Assembly: GCF_054482525.1 (NCBI RefSeq)
Contig: NZ_CM137006.1
DNA length: 64,000 nt
Reading direction: 5' to 3' (one strand)
Part shown: piece by piece, positions 1 to 12,816 of the stretch
Layout: each line of letters begins with the position of its first letter
How positions within the stretch are numbered: position 1 is the first letter of the stretch
Notes under the pieces: generated by a model
The model's input: the letters and a program-made list of their open reading frames with translations, nothing else
Told to the model about the DNA's origin: nothing
Databases searched by the model: none
Translations under genes and position numbers: made by a program

Positions 1-1811
<1,811 letters not shown>

Positions 1812-1909
1812 TACGTATCCTTATACCTGAAATCTTCGCAAGTATGCCTGGCCGCGAGATTATGGCACACTTGTCCGGTTAACTCTCGTCTCATACAGGT
1901 AACACAAAC

Positions 1910-3046
1910 GTGAAAATCCTTGTTGATGAAAATATGCCTTATGCCCGCGACTTATTTAGCCGTTTGGGTGAGGTGACCGCGGTTCCCGGGCGTCCAATCC
2001 CCGTCGCTCAACTGGCAGACGCGGATGCGCTGATGGTGCGTTCGGTCACGAAAGTGAATGAATCTTTGCTGGCAGGAAAACCCATTAAATTTGTTGGCAC
2101 TGCCACCGCGGGTACCGACCATGTCGATGAAGCGTGGTTAAAGCAGGCGGGAATTGGTTTTTCCGCGGCACCAGGCTGTAATGCGATTGCGGTGGTGGAA
2201 TATGTTTTCTCCTCACTGCTGATGCTTGCTGAACGCGATGGATTTTCACTGCACGAGCGTACTGTGGGGATCGTGGGCGTTGGTAACGTTGGGCGTCGAT
2301 TACAGGCGCGACTGGAAGCGTTAGGGATCAAAACATTGCTTTGCGATCCGCCTCGCGCCGACCGTGGGGATGAGGGTGATTTCCGCTCGCTGGATGAATT
2401 AGTTCAGCATGCGGATATTCTGACTTTCCATACGCCACTCTTCAAAGACGGGCCGTACAAAACGCTGCATCTGGCGGATGAAAAACTGATCCGTAGCCTG
2501 AAACCAGGAGCGATTCTGATTAACGCCTGCCGTGGCGCAGTCGTCGATAATACTGCCCTGTTGACCTGTCTGAACGAAGGCCAGAAGTTAAGCGTAGTGC
2601 TGGATGTCTGGGAAGGCGAACCGGAACTTAACGTGGAATTGCTGAAAAAAGTGGATATCGGCACGCCGCATATCGCAGGCTATACCCTGGAAGGTAAAGC
2701 GCGTGGCACGACGCAAGTGTTTGAAGCCTATAGCAAGTTTATTGGGCATGAACAACACGTTGCGCTGGATACGTTGCTGCCCGCGCCAGAGTTTGGCCGC
2801 ATTACGCTGCATGGTCCGCTCGATCAACCGACGCTGAAAAGGCTGGTGCATTTGGTGTATGATGTGCGCCGCGATGACGCACCGCTGCGTAAAGTCGCCG
2901 GAATACCGGGTGAGTTCGATAAGCTGCGCAAAAACTATCTTGAGCGCCGTGAATGGTCATCTCTGTATGTAATTTGTGATGACGCCAGCGCGGCATCATT
3001 GCTGTGTAAACTGGGTTTTAACGCCGTTCATCATCCGGCACGTTAA
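1910..3046 (+). CDS. pdxB: Erythronate-4-phosphate dehydrogenase (PLP biosynthesis)
   Basis: 378 aa, GTG start; translation [16 protein letters not shown]... with NAD-binding GxGxxG (GIVGVGNVG); D-2-hydroxyacid dehydrogenase family. Confidence 0.95.
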   Translation: MKILVDENMPYARDLFSRLGEVTAVPGRPIPVAQLADADALMVRSVTKVNESLLAGKPIKFVGTATAGTDHVDEAWLKQAGIGFSAAPGCNAIAVVEYVFSSLLMLAERDGFSLHERTVGIVGVGNVGRRLQARLEALGIKTLLCDPPRADRGDEGDFRSLDELVQHADILTFHTPLFKDGPYKTLHLADEKLIRSLKPGAILINACRGAVVDNTALLTCLNEGQKLSVVLDVWEGEPELNVELLKKVDIGTPHIAGYTLEGKARGTTQVFEAYSKFIGHEQHVALDTLLPAPEFGRITLHGPLDQPTLKRLVHLVYDVRRDDAPLRKVAGIPGEFDKLRKNYLERREWSSLYVICDDASAASLLCKLGFNAVHHPAR

Positions 3047-3111
3047 TCTCTTCTTCATGCTCTCTGCTGTAATATTGGCAGGGAGCTTTGCTATTTCTGG
3101 AGTAAACCACC

Positions 3112-4125
3112 ATGTCTGAAGGCTGGAACATTGCCGTCCTGGGCGCAACTGGCGCTGTGGGCGAAGCCCTGCTTGAAACGCTGGCTGAACGTCAGTTCCC
3201 GGTTGGGGAAATTTATGCACTGGCACGTAACGAAAGCGCAGGCGAACAATTGCGCTTTGGTGGTAAGACAATCACCGTGCAGGATGCCGCTGAATTCGAC
3301 TGGACGCAGGCGCAGCTGGCGTTTTTTGTCGCAGGCAAAGAAGCTACCGCTGCCTGGGTTGAAGAAGCGACCAACTCAGGTTGCCTGGTGATCGACAGCA
3401 GCGGATTGTTTGCTCTCGAACCCGACGTACCGCTGGTGGTGCCGGAAGTAAACCCGTTTGTACTGACCGATTACCGCAACCGGAATGTCATCGCCGTACC
3501 GGACAGTCTGACCAGCCAGCTGCTGGCGGCACTGAAACCGTTAATCGATCAGGGCGGTTTGTCGCGTATCAGCGTTACCAGCCTGATTTCAGCCTCCGCC
3601 CAGGGCAAAAAAGCGGTCGATGCGTTAGCGGGGCAGAGTGCTAAATTGCTCAACGGCATTCCGATTGATGAAGAAGATTTCTTCGGGCGTCAGCTGGCGT
3701 TCAACATGCTGCCGTTACTGCCGGATAGCGAAGGTAGCGTGCGTGAAGAACGTCGTATCGTTGGCGAAGTACGCAAAATCCTGCAGGACGAAGGGCTGAT
3801 GATTTCGGCAAGCGTCGTCCAGGCACCGGTATTCTACGGTCATGCCCAGATGGTCAACTTTGAAGCACTGCGTCCGCTGGCAGCAGAAGAAGCGCGTGAT
3901 GCGTTTGCTCAGGGCGAAGATATTGTGCTCTCTGAAGAGAACGAATTCCCGACTCAGGTGGGGGATGCTTCTGGTACGCCGCATCTTTCCGTTGGCTGCG
4001 TACGTAATGACTACGGTATGCCGGAGCAAGTTCAGTTCTGGTCGGTGGCCGATAACGTTCGCTTTGGCGGCGCGCTGATGGCAGTAAAAATCGCCGAGAA
4101 ACTGGTGCAGGAGTATCTGTACTAA
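3112..4125 (+). CDS. usg: USG-1 protein, aspartate-semialdehyde dehydrogenase homologue
   Basis: 337 aa, N-terminal Rossmann motif ([10 protein letters not shown]); immediately upstream of and overlapping truA. Confidence 0.9.
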   Translation: MSEGWNIAVLGATGAVGEALLETLAERQFPVGEIYALARNESAGEQLRFGGKTITVQDAAEFDWTQAQLAFFVAGKEATAAWVEEATNSGCLVIDSSGLFALEPDVPLVVPEVNPFVLTDYRNRNVIAVPDSLTSQLLAALKPLIDQGGLSRISVTSLISASAQGKKAVDALAGQSAKLLNGIPIDEEDFFGRQLAFNMLPLLPDSEGSVREERRIVGEVRKILQDEGLMISASVVQAPVFYGHAQMVNFEALRPLAAEEARDAFAQGEDIVLSEENEFPTQVGDASGTPHLSVGCVRNDYGMPEQVQFWSVADNVRFGGALMAVKIAEKLVQEYLY

Positions 4126-4937
4126 TGTCCGACCAGCAACAACCGCCAGTTTATAAAATTGCGCTGGGCATTGAGTACGACGGCAGTAAGTATTACGGCT
4201 GGCAACGGCAGAACGAAGTCCGCAGTGTGCAGGAGAAGCTGGAAAAGGCGCTCTCCCAGGTGGCGAACGAACCGATCACCGTCTTCTGCGCCGGGCGTAC
4301 TGACGCAGGGGTACACGGTACCGGGCAGGTTGTGCATTTCGAAACGACCGCGCAGCGCAAAGACGCTGCGTGGACGTTGGGCGTAAATGCGAATTTACCT
4401 GGTGACATCGCCGTGCGTTGGGTTAAAGCTGTACCTGATGATTTTCATGCCCGATTTAGCGCCACGGCTCGCCGTTATCGCTACATCATCTACAATCATC
4501 GGCTGCGCCCGGCGGTACTGAGTAAAGGGGTAACCCATTTTTACGAACCGCTGGACGCTGAACGGATGCATCGGGCTGCGCAATGCTTGCTGGGCGAGAA
4601 TGATTTCACCTCGTTCCGTGCGGTGCAGTGCCAGTCCCGAACCCCGTGGCGCAACGTTATGCATATTAATGTCACGCGTCACGGTCCTTATGTGGTGGTA
4701 GATATCAAAGCGAATGCCTTTGTACATCATATGGTCAGGAATATTGTCGGCAGCCTGATGGAAGTCGGTGCCCACAACCAGCCGGAGAGCTGGATAGCAG
4801 AGTTGCTGGCGGCAAAGGACAGAACGCTGGCGGCAGCAACGGCAAAAGCGGAAGGGCTGTATCTGGTCGCGGTGGATTACCCTGACCGGTATGATCTTCC
4901 AAAACCGCCAATGGGCCCGCTATTTCTGGCGGACTAA
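4125..4937 (+). CDS. truA: tRNA pseudouridine(38-40) synthase
   Basis: 270 aa; start overlaps usg stop (TAATG-type junction); recognised TruA sequence ([22 protein letters not shown] catalytic Asp motif). Confidence 0.95.
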   Translation: MSDQQQPPVYKIALGIEYDGSKYYGWQRQNEVRSVQEKLEKALSQVANEPITVFCAGRTDAGVHGTGQVVHFETTAQRKDAAWTLGVNANLPGDIAVRWVKAVPDDFHARFSATARRYRYIIYNHRLRPAVLSKGVTHFYEPLDAERMHRAAQCLLGENDFTSFRAVQCQSRTPWRNVMHINVTRHGPYVVVDIKANAFVHHMVRNIVGSLMEVGAHNQPESWIAELLAAKDRTLAAATAKAEGLYLVAVDYPDRYDLPKPPMGPLFLAD

Positions 4938-4957
4938 CAAGAATAATGCTCGGAACA

Positions 4958-4992
4958 TTTCAGGCTGTAGCCAACGTAGTTACAGCCTGAAA
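4958..4992 (+). other. Perfect 12-bp-stem hairpin between truA and dedA, no U-tract
   Basis: TTTCAGGCTGTA - 11 nt loop - TACAGCCTGAAA read directly; followed by AGATGACG rather than a T-run. Confidence 0.6.
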
Positions 4993-5019
4993 GATGACGA
5001 GTACAAGGCATAGGCTAAT

Positions 5020-5679
5020 ATGGACCTGATTTATTTCCTCATCGATTTTATCCTGCACATTGACGTGCATCTGGCAGAACTGGTCGCGGAGTATGGCGTC
5101 TGGGTTTATGCCATTTTGTTCTTAATTTTGTTCTGTGAAACCGGTCTGGTGGTAACGCCGTTTTTACCGGGTGATTCATTGCTGTTTGTTGCCGGTGCGT
5201 TGGCATCACTGGAAACCAACGATCTCAACGTCCATATGATGGTGGTGCTGATGCTGATCGCCGCGATTGTGGGTGACGCGGTGAACTACACCATTGGACG
5301 GTTATTTGGTGACAAACTGTTCAGTAATCCGGATTCGAAAATCTTTCGTCGCAGTTATCTTGATAAGACTCATCAGTTTTATGAGAAACATGGCGGCAAA
5401 ACGATTATTCTCGCCCGTTTTGTGCCGATCGTCAGAACGTTCGCGCCGTTCGTTGCGGGAATGGGCCACATGTCGTATCGTCATTTCGCCGCTTTTAACG
5501 TCATCGGCGCGTTGCTATGGGTACTGATTTTTACCTACGCGGGTTATTTCTTCGGAACGCTCCCCTTCATTCAGAGCAACCTTAAACTGATGATTGTTGG
5601 CATTATTTTTGTTTCAATATTGCCAGGTGTTTTCGAATTTATTCGCCACAAACGCGCTGCGGCACGCGCCGCAAAATAA
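5020..5679 (+). CDS. dedA: DedA-family inner membrane protein
   Basis: 219 aa hydrophobic ORF with the DedA/SNARE-associated motif region; K-12 position between truA and accD. Confidence 0.9.
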   Translation: MDLIYFLIDFILHIDVHLAELVAEYGVWVYAILFLILFCETGLVVTPFLPGDSLLFVAGALASLETNDLNVHMMVVLMLIAAIVGDAVNYTIGRLFGDKLFSNPDSKIFRRSYLDKTHQFYEKHGGKTIILARFVPIVRTFAPFVAGMGHMSYRHFAAFNVIGALLWVLIFTYAGYFFGTLPFIQSNLKLMIVGIIFVSILPGVFEFIRHKRAAARAAK

Positions 5680-5834
5680 AAAGTAACTCCGCGGTTCGAC
5701 CACTTTTTTATCCAAAGTTTCGGGCTGTTATGTTTTAATGTGCAACATTCATGGTCTGTTGGGGGCAAAAATGGCATTATGCGTCCCCAAAGATAAAACT
5801 GGCATCGAACCAGGTTCAGACAGAAAGGTCCCTA

Positions 5835-6749
5835 ATGAGCTGGATTGAACGAATTAAAAGCAACATTACTCCCACCCGCAAGGCGAGCATTCCTGAAGGG
5901 GTGTGGACTAAGTGTGATAGCTGCGGTCAGGTTTTATACCGCGCTGAGCTGGAACGTAATCTTGAGGTCTGTCCGAAGTGTGACCATCACATGCGTATGA
6001 CAGCGCGTAATCGCCTGCATAGCCTGTTAGATGAAGGAAGCCTTGTGGAGCTGGGTAGCGAGCTTGAGCCGAAAGATGTGCTGAAGTTTCGTGACTCCAA
6101 GAAGTATAAAGACCGTCTGGCATCTGCGCAGAAAGAAACCGGCGAAAAAGATGCGCTGGTGGTGATGAAAGGCACCCTGTATGGAATGCCAGTTGTCGCT
6201 GCGGCATTCGAGTTCGCCTTTATGGGCGGTTCCATGGGGTCTGTGGTAGGTGCACGTTTCGTGCGTGCCGTTGAGCAGGCGCTGGAAGATAACTGCCCAC
6301 TGATCTGCTTCTCCGCCTCTGGTGGCGCACGTATGCAGGAAGCACTGATGTCGCTGATGCAGATGGCGAAAACCTCTGCGGCGCTGGCAAAAATGCAGGA
6401 GCGCGGCTTGCCGTACATCTCCGTGCTGACCGACCCGACCATGGGTGGTGTTTCTGCAAGTTTCGCCATGCTGGGCGATCTCAACATCGCTGAACCGAAA
6501 GCGTTAATCGGCTTTGCCGGTCCGCGTGTTATCGAACAGACCGTTCGCGAAAAACTGCCGCCAGGATTCCAGCGCAGTGAATTCCTGATCGAGAAGGGCG
6601 CGATCGACATGATCGTCCGTCGTCCGGAAATGCGCCTGAAACTGGCGAGTATTCTGGCGAAGTTGATGAATCTGCCAGCGCCGAATCCTGAAGCGCCGCG
6701 TGAAGGCGTAGTGGTGCCACCGGTACCAGATCAGGAACCTGAGGCCTGA
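5835..6749 (+). CDS. accD: Acetyl-CoA carboxylase carboxyltransferase beta subunit
   Basis: 304 aa from ATG 5835 (MSWIERIK...); Zn-finger CxxC..CxxC (CDSCGQ...CPKCDHH); track ORF begins at an upstream in-frame start at 5751 that I did not adopt. Confidence 0.95.
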
Positions 6750-6758
6750 TAACTGATA

Positions 6759-6787
6759 AGGGCAGGGCCACTGGCTCTGCCCTTTTG
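6759..6787 (+). terminator. Intrinsic terminator downstream of accD
   Basis: AGGGCAG-GGCCACTGGCT-CTGCCCT stem-loop followed by TTTTG, 10 nt after the accD stop. Confidence 0.6.
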
Positions 6788-6818
6788 CTATTCTCACCGT
6801 AACGAATCAGCGGATACC

Positions 6819-8087
6819 ATGATTATCAAACGCACTCCTCAAGCCGCGTCGCCTCTGGCTTCGTGGCTTTCTTATCTGGAAAACCTGCACAGTAAAACTA
6901 TCGATCTCGGCCTTGAGCGCGTGAGCCAGGTCGCGGCGCGTCTTGGCATTCTGAAACCAGCGCCATTTGTGTTTACCGTTGCGGGTACGAATGGCAAAGG
7001 CACCACCTGCCGTACGCTGGAGTCGATTCTGATGGCGGCAGGGTACAAAGTGGGCGTCTACAGTTCGCCGCATCTGGTGCGTTATACCGAGCGCGTACGT
7101 GTGCAGGGCCAGGAATTGCCGGAATCGGCCCACACCGCCTCTTTTGCGGAGATTGAATCGGCACGCGGTGATATTTCCCTGACCTATTTCGAGTACGGTA
7201 CGCTGTCGGCGTTGTGGCTGTTCAAACAGGCACAACTTGACGTGGTGATTCTGGAAGTAGGGCTGGGCGGTCGTCTGGACGCAACCAATATTGTCGATGC
7301 CGATGTTGCGGTAGTAACCAGCATTGCGCTGGATCATACCGACTGGCTGGGGCCAGATCGCGAAAGCATTGGTCGCGAGAAAGCAGGCATCTTCCGCAGC
7401 GAAAAACCGGCAATTGTTGGTGAGCCGGAAATGCCTTCTACCATTGCTGATGTGGCGCAGGAAAAAAGTGCACTGTTACAACGTCGGGGCGTTGAGTGGA
7501 ACTATTCCGTCACCGATCATGACTGGGCGTTTAGCGATGCTCACGGCACGCTGGAAAATCTGCCGTTGCCGCTTGTCCCGCAACCGAATGCCGCAACGGC
7601 GCTGGCGGCACTGCGTGCCAGCGGGCTGGAGGTCAGTGAAAATGCCATTCGCGACGGGATTGCCAGCGCAATTTTGCCGGGACGTTTCCAGATTGTGAGC
7701 GAGTCACCACGCGTTATTTTTGATGTCGCGCATAATCCACATGCGGCGGAATATCTCACCGGGCGTATGAAAGCGCTACCGAAAAACGGGCGCGTACTGG
7801 CGGTTATCGGTATGCTACATGATAAAGATATTGCCGGAACTCTGGCCTGGTTGAAAAGCGTGGTTGATGACTGGTATTGTGCGCCACTGGAAGGGCCGCG
7901 CGGTGCCACGGCAGAACAACTGCTTGAGCATTTGGGTAACGGCAAATCATTTGATAGCGTGGCGCAGGCATGGGATGCCGCAATGGCGGACGCTAAAGCG
8001 GAAGATACCGTGCTGGTGTGTGGTTCGTTCCACACGGTCGCACATGTCATGGAAGTGATTGACGCGAGGAGAAGCGGTGGCAAGTAA
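6819..8087 (+). CDS. folC: Bifunctional folylpolyglutamate synthase / dihydrofolate synthase
   Basis: 422 aa; P-loop GTNGKGTT; recognised FolC sequence. Confidence 0.95.
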   Translation: MIIKRTPQAASPLASWLSYLENLHSKTIDLGLERVSQVAARLGILKPAPFVFTVAGTNGKGTTCRTLESILMAAGYKVGVYSSPHLVRYTERVRVQGQELPESAHTASFAEIESARGDISLTYFEYGTLSALWLFKQAQLDVVILEVGLGGRLDATNIVDADVAVVTSIALDHTDWLGPDRESIGREKAGIFRSEKPAIVGEPEMPSTIADVAQEKSALLQRRGVEWNYSVTDHDWAFSDAHGTLENLPLPLVPQPNAATALAALRASGLEVSENAIRDGIASAILPGRFQIVSESPRVIFDVAHNPHAAEYLTGRMKALPKNGRVLAVIGMLHDKDIAGTLAWLKSVVDDWYCAPLEGPRGATAEQLLEHLGNGKSFDSVAQAWDAAMADAKAEDTVLVCGSFHTVAHVMEVIDARRSGGK

Positions 8088-8727
8088 GTTTCAGAATCGG
8101 TTAGTGGGCACGATCGTGCTGGTGGCGCTGGGGGTGATTGTACTTCCAGGGCTGCTGGACGGGCAGAAAAAACATTATCAGGATGAGTTCGCGGCTATCC
8201 CGCTGGTGCCGAAAGCTGGCGATCGCGATGAGCCTGATATGATGCCAGCCGCCACCCAGGCGTTGCCGACGCAGCCGCCGGAAGGCGCAGCGGAAGAGGT
8301 GCGGGCAGGTGATGCCGCAGCACCGTCGCTCGATCCGGCCACTATTGCAGCCAATAACACCGAGTTTGAACCGGAACCTGCACCGGTCGCCCCACCGAAG
8401 CCGAAACCGGTGGAGTCGCCTAAACCGAAGGTTGAAGCACCACCTGCGCCGAAGCCGGTCGTGGAAGAAAAAGCAGCGCCAACGGGTAAAGCCTATGTTG
8501 TACAACTGGGCGCACTGAAAAATGCCGATAAAGTGAATGAGATTGTCGGTAAGCTGCGCGGTGCCGGTTATCGGGTTTATACGTCGCCATCCACGCCAGT
8601 GCAGGGCAAAATTACCCGTATTCTGGTTGGGCCAGATGCCTCGAAAGATAAGCTGAAAGGTTCGCTGGGTGAGTTGAAGCAACTTTCTGGCTTAAGTGGC
8701 GTGGTAATGGGCTATACGCCGAATTAA
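8077..8727 (+). CDS. dedD: Cell division protein DedD (SPOR domain)
   Basis: GTG at 8077 preceded by GGAG at 8067-8070 gives (M)ASKFQNRLVG...; N-terminal TM segment, Pro/Lys/Ala-rich linker, C-terminal SPOR-like domain; overlaps folC 3' end by 11 nt; track ORF starts at upstream TTG 8059. Confidence 0.85.
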   Translation: MASKFQNRLVGTIVLVALGVIVLPGLLDGQKKHYQDEFAAIPLVPKAGDRDEPDMMPAATQALPTQPPEGAAEEVRAGDAAAPSLDPATIAANNTEFEPEPAPVAPPKPKPVESPKPKVEAPPAPKPVVEEKAAPTGKAYVVQLGALKNADKVNEIVGKLRGAGYRVYTSPSTPVQGKITRILVGPDASKDKLKGSLGELKQLSGLSGVVMGYTPN

Positions 8728-8736
8728 TACGGTCTT

Positions 8737-8847
8737 GCCTGATGCGACGCTGGCGCGTCTTATCAGGCCTGCGCAGGGGTAGAGCCGTAGGTCGGATAAG
8801 GCGTTTACGCCGCATCCGACACGCATTGTCCGATGCCGCAAAGGCAT
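8737..8847. repeat. REP / BIME cluster (two full REP palindromes plus a partial third) between dedD and cvpA
   Basis: GCCTGATGCGACGCTGGCGCGTCTTATCAGGC (8737-8768) and GTAGGTCGGATAAGGCGTTTACGCCGCATCCGACACGC (8787-8824) match canonical E. coli REP sequences in opposite orientation. Confidence 0.8.
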
Positions 8848-8985
8848 AAAAAGTCGATGGCGTTGAATATTTTTTCAGCGCCATTTTTATTGATGCGCGG
8901 GAAGGAAATCCCTACGCAAACGTTTTCTTTTTCTGTTAGAATGCGCCCCGAACAGGATGACAGGGCGTAAAATCGTGGGACACAT

Positions 8986-9474
8986 ATGGTCTGGATTGAT
9001 TACGCCATAATCGCGGTGATTGCTTTTTCCTCTCTGGTTAGCCTGATCCGCGGCTTTGTTCGTGAAGCGTTATCGCTGGTGACATGGGGTTGTGCTTTCT
9101 TTGTTGCCAGTCATTACTACACTTACCTGTCAGTCTGGTTTACGGGCTTTGAAGACGAACTGGTTCGAAATGGGATTGCCATCGCGGTACTGTTTATCGC
9201 TACCCTGATCGTTGGTGCTATCGTGAACTTCGTGATAGGCCAGTTGGTGGAGAAAACGGGGTTGTCAGGCACCGATCGGGTGCTGGGCGTCTGTTTCGGT
9301 GCGTTGCGCGGTGTGTTGATTGTTGCCGCCATTCTCTTCTTTCTCGACTCCTTTACCGGGGTGTCGAAAAGCGAAGACTGGAGCAAATCACAGCTGATCC
9401 CGCAGTTCAGTTTTATCATCAGATGGTTTTTTGATTATCTGCAAAGCTCGTCAAGTTTCTTGCCCAGAGCGTAA
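8986..9474 (+). CDS. cvpA: Colicin V production membrane protein CvpA
   Basis: 162 aa multi-TM ORF immediately upstream of purF (cvpA-purF-ubiX arrangement). Confidence 0.9.
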   Translation: MVWIDYAIIAVIAFSSLVSLIRGFVREALSLVTWGCAFFVASHYYTYLSVWFTGFEDELVRNGIAIAVLFIATLIVGAIVNFVIGQLVEKTGLSGTDRVLGVCFGALRGVLIVAAILFFLDSFTGVSKSEDWSKSQLIPQFSFIIRWFFDYLQSSSSFLPRA

Positions 9475-9510
9475 GTGCTCTGAGATGTGGCTTAACGAGG
9501 AAAAAGACGT

Positions 9511-11028
9511 ATGTGCGGTATTGTCGGTATCGCCGGTGTTATGCCGGTTAACCAGTCGATTTATGATGCCTTAACGGTGCTTCAGCATCGCGGTCAGGAT
9601 GCCGCCGGCATCATCACCATAGATGCCAATAACTGCTTCCGTTTGCGTAAAGCGAACGGGCTGGTGAGCGATGTATTTGAAGCTCGCCATATGCAGCGTT
9701 TGCAGGGCAATATGGGCATTGGTCATGTGCGTTACCCTACGGCTGGCAGCTCCAGCGCCTCTGAAGCGCAGCCGTTTTACGTTAACTCTCCGTATGGCAT
9801 TACGCTTGCCCACAACGGCAATCTGACCAACGCGCATGAGTTACGTAAAAAACTGTTTGAAGAAAAACGCCGCCACATCAACACCACTTCCGACTCGGAA
9901 ATTCTGCTTAATATCTTCGCCAGCGAGTTGGACAACTTCCGCCACTACCCGCTGGAAGCCGACAATATTTTCGCTGCCATTGCTGCCACAAACCGCTTAA
10001 TCCGCGGCGCGTATGCCTGCGTGGCGATGATTATCGGCCATGGTATGGTTGCTTTCCGCGATCCAAACGGGATTCGTCCGCTGGTACTGGGAAAACGTGA
10101 TATTGACGAGAACCGTACAGAATATATGGTCGCTTCCGAAAGCGTAGCGCTCGATACGCTGGGCTTTGATTTCCTGCGTGACGTCGCGCCGGGCGAAGCG
10201 ATTTACATCACTGAAGAAGGGCAGTTGTTTACCCGTCAATGTGCTGACAATCCGGTCAGCAATCCGTGCCTGTTTGAGTATGTATACTTTGCTCGCCCGG
10301 ACTCGTTCATCGACAAAATTTCCGTTTACAGCGCGCGTGTGAATATGGGTACGAAACTGGGCGAGAAAATTGCCCGCGAATGGGAAGATCTGGATATCGA
10401 CGTGGTGATCCCGATCCCGGAAACCTCGTGTGATATCGCGCTGGAAATTGCTCGTATTCTGGGCAAGCCGTACCGCCAGGGCTTCGTTAAAAACCGCTAT
10501 GTTGGCCGCACCTTTATCATGCCGGGCCAGCAGCTGCGTCGTAAGTCCGTGCGCCGTAAACTGAACGCCAACCGCGCCGAGTTCCGCGATAAAAACGTCC
10601 TGCTGGTCGACGACTCCATCGTCCGTGGCACCACTTCTGAGCAGATTATCGAGATGGCACGCGAAGCCGGAGCGAAGAAAGTGTATCTCGCTTCTGCGGC
10701 ACCGGAAATTCGCTTCCCGAACGTTTATGGTATTGATATGCCGAGCGCCACGGAACTGATCGCTCACGGTCGCGAAGTAGATGAAATTCGCCAGATCATC
10801 GGTGCTGACGGGTTGATTTTCCAGGATCTGAACGATCTGATCGAAGCCGTTCGCGCTGAAAACCCGGATATTCAGCAGTTTGAGTGTTCGGTGTTCAACG
10901 GCGTTTACGTCACCAAAGATGTTGATCAGGGCTACCTCGATTTCCTCGATACTTTACGTAATGACGACGCCAAAGCAGTGCAACGTCAGAACGAAGTGGA
11001 AAATCTCGAAATGCATAACGAAGGATGA
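9511..11028 (+). CDS. purF: Amidophosphoribosyltransferase (glutamine-PRPP amidotransferase)
   Basis: 505 aa; N-terminal MCGIVGI (Ntn Cys after Met); PRPP-binding motif [13 protein letters not shown]. Confidence 0.97.
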   Translation: MCGIVGIAGVMPVNQSIYDALTVLQHRGQDAAGIITIDANNCFRLRKANGLVSDVFEARHMQRLQGNMGIGHVRYPTAGSSSASEAQPFYVNSPYGITLAHNGNLTNAHELRKKLFEEKRRHINTTSDSEILLNIFASELDNFRHYPLEADNIFAAIAATNRLIRGAYACVAMIIGHGMVAFRDPNGIRPLVLGKRDIDENRTEYMVASESVALDTLGFDFLRDVAPGEAIYITEEGQLFTRQCADNPVSNPCLFEYVYFARPDSFIDKISVYSARVNMGTKLGEKIAREWEDLDIDVVIPIPETSCDIALEIARILGKPYRQGFVKNRYVGRTFIMPGQQLRRKSVRRKLNANRAEFRDKNVLLVDDSIVRGTTSEQIIEMAREAGAKKVYLASAAPEIRFPNVYGIDMPSATELIAHGREVDEIRQIIGADGLIFQDLNDLIEAVRAENPDIQQFECSVFNGVYVTKDVDQGYLDFLDTLRNDDAKAVQRQNEVENLEMHNEG

Positions 11029-11038
11029 TGCCTTCGCT

Positions 11039-11061
11039 CAGGGTGCCGGTCTGGCACCCTG
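11039..11061 (+). other. GC-rich hairpin between purF and ubiX (no U-tract)
   Basis: CAGGGTGCC-GGTCT-GGCACCCTG, 9-bp stem, 11 nt after the purF stop. Confidence 0.5.
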
Positions 11062-11122
11062 ACTTGCAACTCCCGCCGAAATCCTGCAAAGTCTGCCTGC
11101 AAGTCTGACAGGGCAACTATTT

Positions 11123-11692
11123 ATGAAACGACTCATTGTAGGCATCAGCGGTGCCAGCGGCGCGATTTATGGCGTGCGCTTATTACAGGTTCTGCGCGAT
11201 GTCGCAGATGTTGAAACGCATCTGGTGATGAGCCAGGCCGCGCGCCAGACCTTATCCCTCGAAACGGATTTTTCCCTGCGCGAAGTGCAGGCATTAGCCG
11301 ATGTGACGCACGATGCGCGCGATATTGCTGCCAGCATTTCTTCCGGTTCTTTCCAGACACTGGGGATGGTGATTTTACCCTGTTCAATCAAAACCCTGTC
11401 CGGCATTGTCCATAGCTATACTGATGGCTTACTGACCCGTGCGGCAGATGTTGTGCTGAAAGAGCGTCGCCCGCTGGTGCTCTGCGTGCGTGAAACACCA
11501 TTGCACTTAGGCCATCTGCGTTTAATGACCCAGGCGGCAGAAATCGGTGCGGTGATTATGCCTCCCGTTCCGGCGTTTTATCATCGCCCGCAATCCCTTG
11601 ATGATGTGATAAATCAGACGGTTAACCGTGTACTCGATCAATTCACCATAACGCTTCCTGAAGATCTCTTTGCCCGCTGGCAGGGCGCATAA
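11123..11692 (+). CDS. ubiX: Flavin prenyltransferase UbiX
   Basis: 189 aa; MKRLIVGISGASGAIYG flavoprotein fold motif; downstream of purF. Confidence 0.95.
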   Translation: MKRLIVGISGASGAIYGVRLLQVLRDVADVETHLVMSQAARQTLSLETDFSLREVQALADVTHDARDIAASISSGSFQTLGMVILPCSIKTLSGIVHSYTDGLLTRAADVVLKERRPLVLCVRETPLHLGHLRLMTQAAEIGAVIMPPVPAFYHRPQSLDDVINQTVNRVLDQFTITLPEDLFARWQGA

Positions 11693-11700
11693 CCTCATTG

Positions 11701-11724
11701 TTGCCCTGTTTCAGGGCAATTTTG
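11701..11724 (+). terminator. Intrinsic terminator downstream of ubiX
   Basis: TTGCCCTG-TTTC-AGGGCAA hairpin followed by TTTTGC, 9 nt after the ubiX stop. Confidence 0.55.
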
Positions 11725-11872
11725 CAACCGCGATCAAATCCTCGACATTTTGTTCCTTTCGATGAATCGAAACGCTGCGATTCAACCGCCATACCTGCTA
11801 TCTTCAACTTTAGGACAATAATGCAACGTCTTATTAACATATTTAACGTTGAATGTTACTGTTGTCGTAAAG

Positions 11873-11890
11873 ATGGCATAAGACCTGCAT
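11873..11890 (+). promoter_or_regulatory. Candidate sigma54 (-24/-12) promoter of argT
   Basis: TGGCAT-N5-CTGCAT with GG at 11875-11876 and GC at 11887-11888 (correct 11-nt register), about 70 nt upstream of the argT ATG; argT is known to be under Ntr control. Confidence 0.55.
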
Positions 11891-11957
11891 GAAAGAGCCT
11901 GCAAACACACAACACAATACACAACATAAAAAAGCCATTTTCACTTGAGGGTTATGT

Positions 11958-12740
11958 ATGAAGAAGTCGATTCTCGCTCTGTCTTTGTTAGTCGGTCTCT
12001 CTGCAGCGGCTTCCAGCTATGCGGCGCTACCGGAGACGGTACGTATCGGAACCGATACCACCTATGCGCCGTTCTCATCGAAAGATGCCAAAGGTGACTT
12101 TGTTGGCTTTGATATCGATCTCGGTAACGAGATGTGCAAACGGATGCAGGTGAAATGTACCTGGGTTGCCAGTGACTTTGACGCGCTGATCCCCTCACTG
12201 AAAGCGAAAAAAATCGACGCCATTATTTCGTCGCTCTCCATTACCGATAAACGTCAGCAGGAGATTGCTTTCTCCGACAAGTTGTACGCCGCAGATTCTC
12301 GTTTGATTGCCGCCAAAGGTTCGCCGATTCAGCCAACGCTGGATTCACTGAAAGGTAAACATGTGGGTGTGCTGCAGGGATCAACCCAGGAAGCTTACGC
12401 TAACGAGACCTGGCGTAGCAAAGGCGTGGATGTGGTGGCCTATGCCAACCAGGATTTGGTCTATTCCGATCTGGCTGCAGGACGTCTGGATGCTGCGTTA
12501 CAAGATGAAGTTGCTGCCAGCGAAGGATTCCTCAAGCAACCTGCTGGTAAAGATTTCGCCTTTGCTGGCTCATCAGTGAAAGACAAAAAATACTTCGGTG
12601 ACGGCACCGGTGTAGGGCTACGTAAAGATGATGCGGAACTGACGGCTGCCTTCAATAAGGCGCTTGGCGAGCTGCGTCAGGACGGCACCTACGACAAGAT
12701 GGCGAAAAAGTATTTTGACTTTAATGTCTACGGTGACTGA
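11958..12740 (+). CDS. argT: Lysine/arginine/ornithine-binding periplasmic protein
   Basis: 260 aa with signal peptide ([22 protein letters not shown]); paralogue of the downstream hisJ. Confidence 0.95.
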   Translation: MKKSILALSLLVGLSAAASSYAALPETVRIGTDTTYAPFSSKDAKGDFVGFDIDLGNEMCKRMQVKCTWVASDFDALIPSLKAKKIDAIISSLSITDKRQQEIAFSDKLYAADSRLIAAKGSPIQPTLDSLKGKHVGVLQGSTQEAYANETWRSKGVDVVAYANQDLVYSDLAAGRLDAALQDEVAASEGFLKQPAGKDFAFAGSSVKDKKYFGDGTGVGLRKDDAELTAAFNKALGELRQDGTYDKMAKKYFDFNVYGD

Positions 12741-12799
12741 TACGTCGCAGGGAAGCTGTACCTGATGGAATGATCATCATGGTGCACGCCAGGTTTGTT

Positions 12800-12816
12800 G
12801 CACTATCGTGGTGCAT
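12800..12816 (+). promoter_or_regulatory. Candidate NtrC-binding site upstream of hisJ
   Basis: TGCACT-ATCGT-GGTGCA matches the NtrC consensus TGCACC-N5-GGTGCA at 11 of 12 positions; a TGGCAC -24-like element lies about 100 bp downstream (12898-12903) but its -12 region reads GT rather than GC. Confidence 0.45.

Noticed and set aside
5751-5834. Upstream extension of accD from an in-frame start at 5751
   Set aside because: The AccD Zn-finger N-terminus begins at MSWIERIK (ATG 5835); I saw no supporting RBS for the extension.
5987-6610. 207-aa ORF antisense to accD, and similar antisense ORFs inside folC (7541-8083) and purF (9997-10767)
   Set aside because: All are nested inside strongly supported sense genes and lack start context or recognisable domains.
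8101-8682. 193-aa minus-strand ORF antisense to dedD
   Set aside because: Arg-rich mirror image of the Pro/Lys/Ala-rich DedD linker; repetitive codons (CCG/AAA/GCA) naturally give open reverse frames.
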